DNA from: Methanoregula sp.
Lineage (GTDB): Archaea > Halobacteriota > Methanomicrobia > Methanomicrobiales > Methanospirillaceae
Direction of reading: 5' to 3'
DNA length: 64,000 nt
NCBI GenBank assembly: GCA_039698055.1
Contig: JBDKTL010000021.1
Span: 1-64,000, forward strand
The stretch's first letter is position 1, and every line of letters starts with the position of its first letter. Positions 60,905-64,000 of this stretch are shown here, one piece after another. The notes beneath the pieces are model-generated. The model searched no databases, was not told where the DNA came from, and was given only the letters and a program-made list of their open reading frames with translations. Made by a program: the position numbers and the translations under genes.

Positions 60905-61831
60905 ATGACGTCCTCATCCCATCTGCTCCGGTCAATCATCACCGGCGTTTTCATCCTCTTCATCCTCGCAATTTTCCCTGCGATCATCTTCCCGGCTGCC
61001 GGTACGGGGCCGGTTCCGGCTCCATTGCCTGCACCGGTAAGCCCGCACGCGTTTGTTGTCACGATGGCAGAAGTGCCACCTCTCGAAGCGTTCCCCAACG
61101 TCACGCTGTATAAACTCATGAGCCCCGCACGGGCGCAGGAAAAAGCCGCGACCTATCCCATCACGGAAGATCTGTCCTTGGTGAATATTGCCCCGGGTGA
61201 AGGGACCCGGCCGCACATCCTTTTGGGGACACCGGAGGTTATGTACCTGCTTGACGGAACTGCCACCGTTTGTGCGAACGGGAGCATGACAGAAGTCTCG
61301 GCAGGAGAACTCGTATTCATCCCGGGCGATACCGTCCAGTCGACCGCCAATAACGGCAGGACACCGCTCCGGTACATCTCCCTCCTCGACCCGTATTACG
61401 CCGAATCACGGGAAATACGGCCGAACGTCACTGCAACAACCGACATTTCCCGGGACAGCGTGCCCCTTCGCACCTGGAACCGGAACGATACAACCCCGCT
61501 CGTGTCATTTGACCGGATGAAAATTTACCAGATGGTCAGTCCTGCCGCCACGGACCACAACGGGCTGAATATGACCGTCCCGTTCAGCTGGGCATATGTA
61601 ACCGTCCCGGCAACAGGCGGGTCTCTCCCCCATACCCTGAATGCGACCAGCGAAGTGATCTATGTCATCGCAGGTTCAGGAACGGCACATATCGGGAACG
61701 AGACCTTCGCGCTGCATAAAGGAGATACGCTCTTTATTCCCCCCGATACCGTCCAGTCGGTAACGAACACGGGGTCTGTGCCTCTTGAATACCTGTCCCT
61801 GCTCGACCCGTACTGGCGGCCGGAAACCTGA
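60905..61831 (+). CDS. Secreted or membrane-anchored bicupin
   Basis: N-terminal hydrophobic helix. Two cupin repeats: PH..EVxY..G, and FIPxDTVQS..N.G..PL.Y.SLLDPY. Confidence 0.85.
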   Translation: MTSSSHLLRSIITGVFILFILAIFPAIIFPAAGTGPVPAPLPAPVSPHAFVVTMAEVPPLEAFPNVTLYKLMSPARAQEKAATYPITEDLSLVNIAPGEGTRPHILLGTPEVMYLLDGTATVCANGSMTEVSAGELVFIPGDTVQSTANNGRTPLRYISLLDPYYAESREIRPNVTATTDISRDSVPLRTWNRNDTTPLVSFDRMKIYQMVSPAATDHNGLNMTVPFSWAYVTVPATGGSLPHTLNATSEVIYVIAGSGTAHIGNETFALHKGDTLFIPPDTVQSVTNTGSVPLEYLSLLDPYWRPET

Positions 61832-61880
61832 AAAAAATGGATCTCGTTTTTTTACCGGCACAATATGGGGGAACATGCAC

Positions 61881-62774
61881 ATGACCCGGCTGGATGATTT
61901 TCTTATGCCCCTGCACGAGGGCGTCTGGGAGGTCAGTGTCGCAAAAACCTCCATCACCGAACCACCCGGCCCGGCGTGGAAACAGTCGGCAATCAATATT
62001 CCCTCGCCCGGCACCATTGCCAGTTACCGGAACGGCCAGTACCATGCGCACGAGACACAGGACGAATGGAAAGTACATCTGGATCGCTATGATCCAGAAG
62101 TCCACCCCATCCTGCACCTTACCGATGACGCTCCTCTTCTCCTGATGATCGCAGGAACAGTTGGCACACTCATCCACCATGCAGGGATACATCCCGGTGA
62201 CGATACCGATCTAATCGTTAAAGAACAGCAGTTGTCATGGCAGCGCCAGGTACTGGTAGGCGTTGCAGTTCTTATTGCCGGTTCACGCATCATCTCAGAT
62301 CCCCTTGGATTTTTTTCTGACATTACCCGGATCCTCATCCCGCTTTTCCTCGCGGGTCTTGGCGTCGTTGTGCTCTGGAAAAGCCTTGATGCCCGGTCGC
62401 CCGGGTCGTTCTATGGCGAGGGTATCGTGCAGGGAGTCTGCATCATCGGTGCAGGGGTTGTTGCCGGGTTCCTGCCGGAACTGTTGTGGAGTCTTGTGAT
62501 TCTCATCGTGCTTGGCGTGTGGTCCTGTGCGAGTGCGGTTATCCTGCTGGCCCGGGTTTTCAAAGGACGGGCTGCCGTGCCCGAGGGTTTTTTCAGCCGT
62601 ATGATCATCGGGGGATGCTCCCTGCTCTTTGCCGTGCTGCTCTTTGTGGCGCCAAAAGCCGGGGTGCTTATTCTCACCGGCCTGCTTGGCATCATTGCAT
62701 CGCTTGCCGGGCTGGTTCTTGTCATCAACGGCCTGCGCCTCCGGGAACGGATGAAAAACCGGAGAGGTGCATAA
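61881..62774 (+). CDS. His-rich soluble domain fused to HdeD/DUF308-like membrane domain
   Basis: YHAHE..WKVHLDRYDP..PILHLTDD, followed by about 6 TMs. Confidence 0.7.
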   Translation: MTRLDDFLMPLHEGVWEVSVAKTSITEPPGPAWKQSAINIPSPGTIASYRNGQYHAHETQDEWKVHLDRYDPEVHPILHLTDDAPLLLMIAGTVGTLIHHAGIHPGDDTDLIVKEQQLSWQRQVLVGVAVLIAGSRIISDPLGFFSDITRILIPLFLAGLGVVVLWKSLDARSPGSFYGEGIVQGVCIIGAGVVAGFLPELLWSLVILIVLGVWSCASAVILLARVFKGRAAVPEGFFSRMIIGGCSLLFAVLLFVAPKAGVLILTGLLGIIASLAGLVLVINGLRLRERMKNRRGA

Positions 62775-62856
62775 TTTTTTTGCCCCTGAACCGGTACAAA
62801 AAAATATCGCGGATGACTACTAACCGTTTCCTATACCAACGCAGTGGCGGGATACT

Positions 62857-63531
62857 ATGGAAATCGTACCGGGAATTCATCAGGTTGACGGTGTAAAAGC
62901 CAATTGTTATATTATTGTCGGGGACTCGCTGACCCTCATCGATACAGGATTCCCTCATTCCACCAAAAAAATTGTGAAATATATCGAAGAAATCCTGAAA
63001 CGAAAACCATCGGATATCAACACAATAGTCCTGACGCATGCCCATATTGACCATATCGGTAATGTCGGTGAGCTTAAAAAGATCAGCAATGCAAATGTGG
63101 CAATCCACGAGGCGGAAGCAGACTACCTTACCGGGAGAAAACCCCAGCCCGCAAGGAAAAGTTTTCTGGGGATTATCCTAAAAGTCATGGGCCTGTTCTT
63201 CAAAGCCCCGCATCTCGAACCGGATATCCGGTTAAAAGATGGCGATATTATCGATGGGCTGACCTGCATTCACACACCGGGACACGCGCCGGGAAGTATC
63301 TGCCTTTTTTCTTCCTCGTCAAAGGTCATGTTTGCCGGTGACCTGTTGAGATTTGACGGCAGAAAAATCGAGGGTGCTCCACGACAGTTCACCATGGACA
63401 CAGCTGAATCGGAGCGATCAATTAAAAAAATTGCTGCACGGGATTTTGACGTCATGCTCCCGGGACATGGGATACCGCTGAGACCAGATGCTTCGGTAAA
63501 AATCAGGGAATATACGGATTCATTGCCCTGA
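62857..63531 (+). CDS. MBL-fold metallo-hydrolase
   Basis: LIDTG, THAHIDHIG, HTPGH, AGD, PGHG. Confidence 0.93.
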   Translation: MEIVPGIHQVDGVKANCYIIVGDSLTLIDTGFPHSTKKIVKYIEEILKRKPSDINTIVLTHAHIDHIGNVGELKKISNANVAIHEAEADYLTGRKPQPARKSFLGIILKVMGLFFKAPHLEPDIRLKDGDIIDGLTCIHTPGHAPGSICLFSSSSKVMFAGDLLRFDGRKIEGAPRQFTMDTAESERSIKKIAARDFDVMLPGHGIPLRPDASVKIREYTDSLP

Positions 63532-63857
63532 TTGGGGACAGGATTTTTTTTATTTTCTCCATGGGATGCCCGGGCATTGCGGTGGAATTGCCAAGGACGC
63601 GAAACAAAAGTCCATCGTGCCTGCTTTTGTCCCGCTGAACAAGCGGTGAAGGCACGATATCCATAACCTTATTTCGTTTCTGCTCCGATTCCCCATGAGA
63701 GGAGGAGGGATACATGTACACAATCTGGCAAAATGTACGTCATAACAATGCCCACTGTGCCTTGTTTGGGCTGGTGAAGTACAACAAAAGACGGTCTGCC
63801 CACAACCATGACCGGCAGGTCAGGGTGGACTGAACGTACTGAGGGGGGAAACCAAGA

Positions 63858-64000
63858 ATGGAAAGCATAACCGCAGAAAAACTCCGGCTCGACTATGAGC
63901 CCGTGGCAATTCTCTGGAGCAACACTAAACCCGATGGAGCATTGCAGATAAAACCGCATGCACAGACCTGCATCATGCCCTTTTTTGCGCAGGTTGCAAC
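63858..64000 (+). CDS. 5' end of a DUF169-like protein (runs off window)
   Basis: MESITAEKLRLDYEPVAILWSNTKPDGA..QTCIMPFFAQVA. GAGGGG RBS-like sequence upstream. Confidence 0.65.
   Translation, partial: MESITAEKLRLDYEPVAILWSNTKPDGALQIKPHAQTCIMPFFAQVA

Noticed and set aside
1-64000. CRISPR array, rRNA, transposases, known defence systems
   Set aside because: No regularly spaced repeats or corresponding protein motifs were seen.

Overview
This window comes from a hydrogenotrophic methanogen of the Methanomicrobiales, most like Methanoregula. That assignment is inferred from the fwdDBAC/fwdG genes, GGTGA-type ribosome-binding sites, an archaeal tRNA-Leu(TAG) without encoded CCA, and PKD/beta-propeller surface proteins. 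From left to right it contains: a small ORF, calpain-like protease and PKD surface-protein unit; two HEAT/TM2 paralogues; a bacterial-type PadR gene lying between two copies of an ABC-exporter 5' end; an unannotated receiver-domain pseudogene; a TetR-controlled COG1361/FtsX/LolD-type operon; a hairpin array and AT-rich islet next to tRNA-Leu; Kup and TrkH K+ transporters; adenine deaminase; an orphan ParA-MCP-CheW-MCP-CheR cluster; housekeeping genes (RecJ-like, NrdG-like activase, RNase Z); and a ~19 kb Mo/W island. The island holds a MsrP-like oxidoreductase, MoeA-PBP, a SagB-like protein, FwdDBAC, a DsrH-E-F triple fusion, FwdG, Mop, ModABC and DUF364. The best candidates for undescribed biology are: (i) a ParA with an internal MinD-like membrane-targeting helix coupled to soluble multi-PAS chemoreceptors, (ii) the single-chain TusB-D-C-like protein with Ser at the persulfide Cys position beside Fwd, (iii) the peptide/atypical calpain/surface-protein unit, (iv) the tandem hairpin array by the tRNA and (v) an apparent non-AUG start for the radical SAM activase. 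All calls come from reading motifs by eye; no searches were run.
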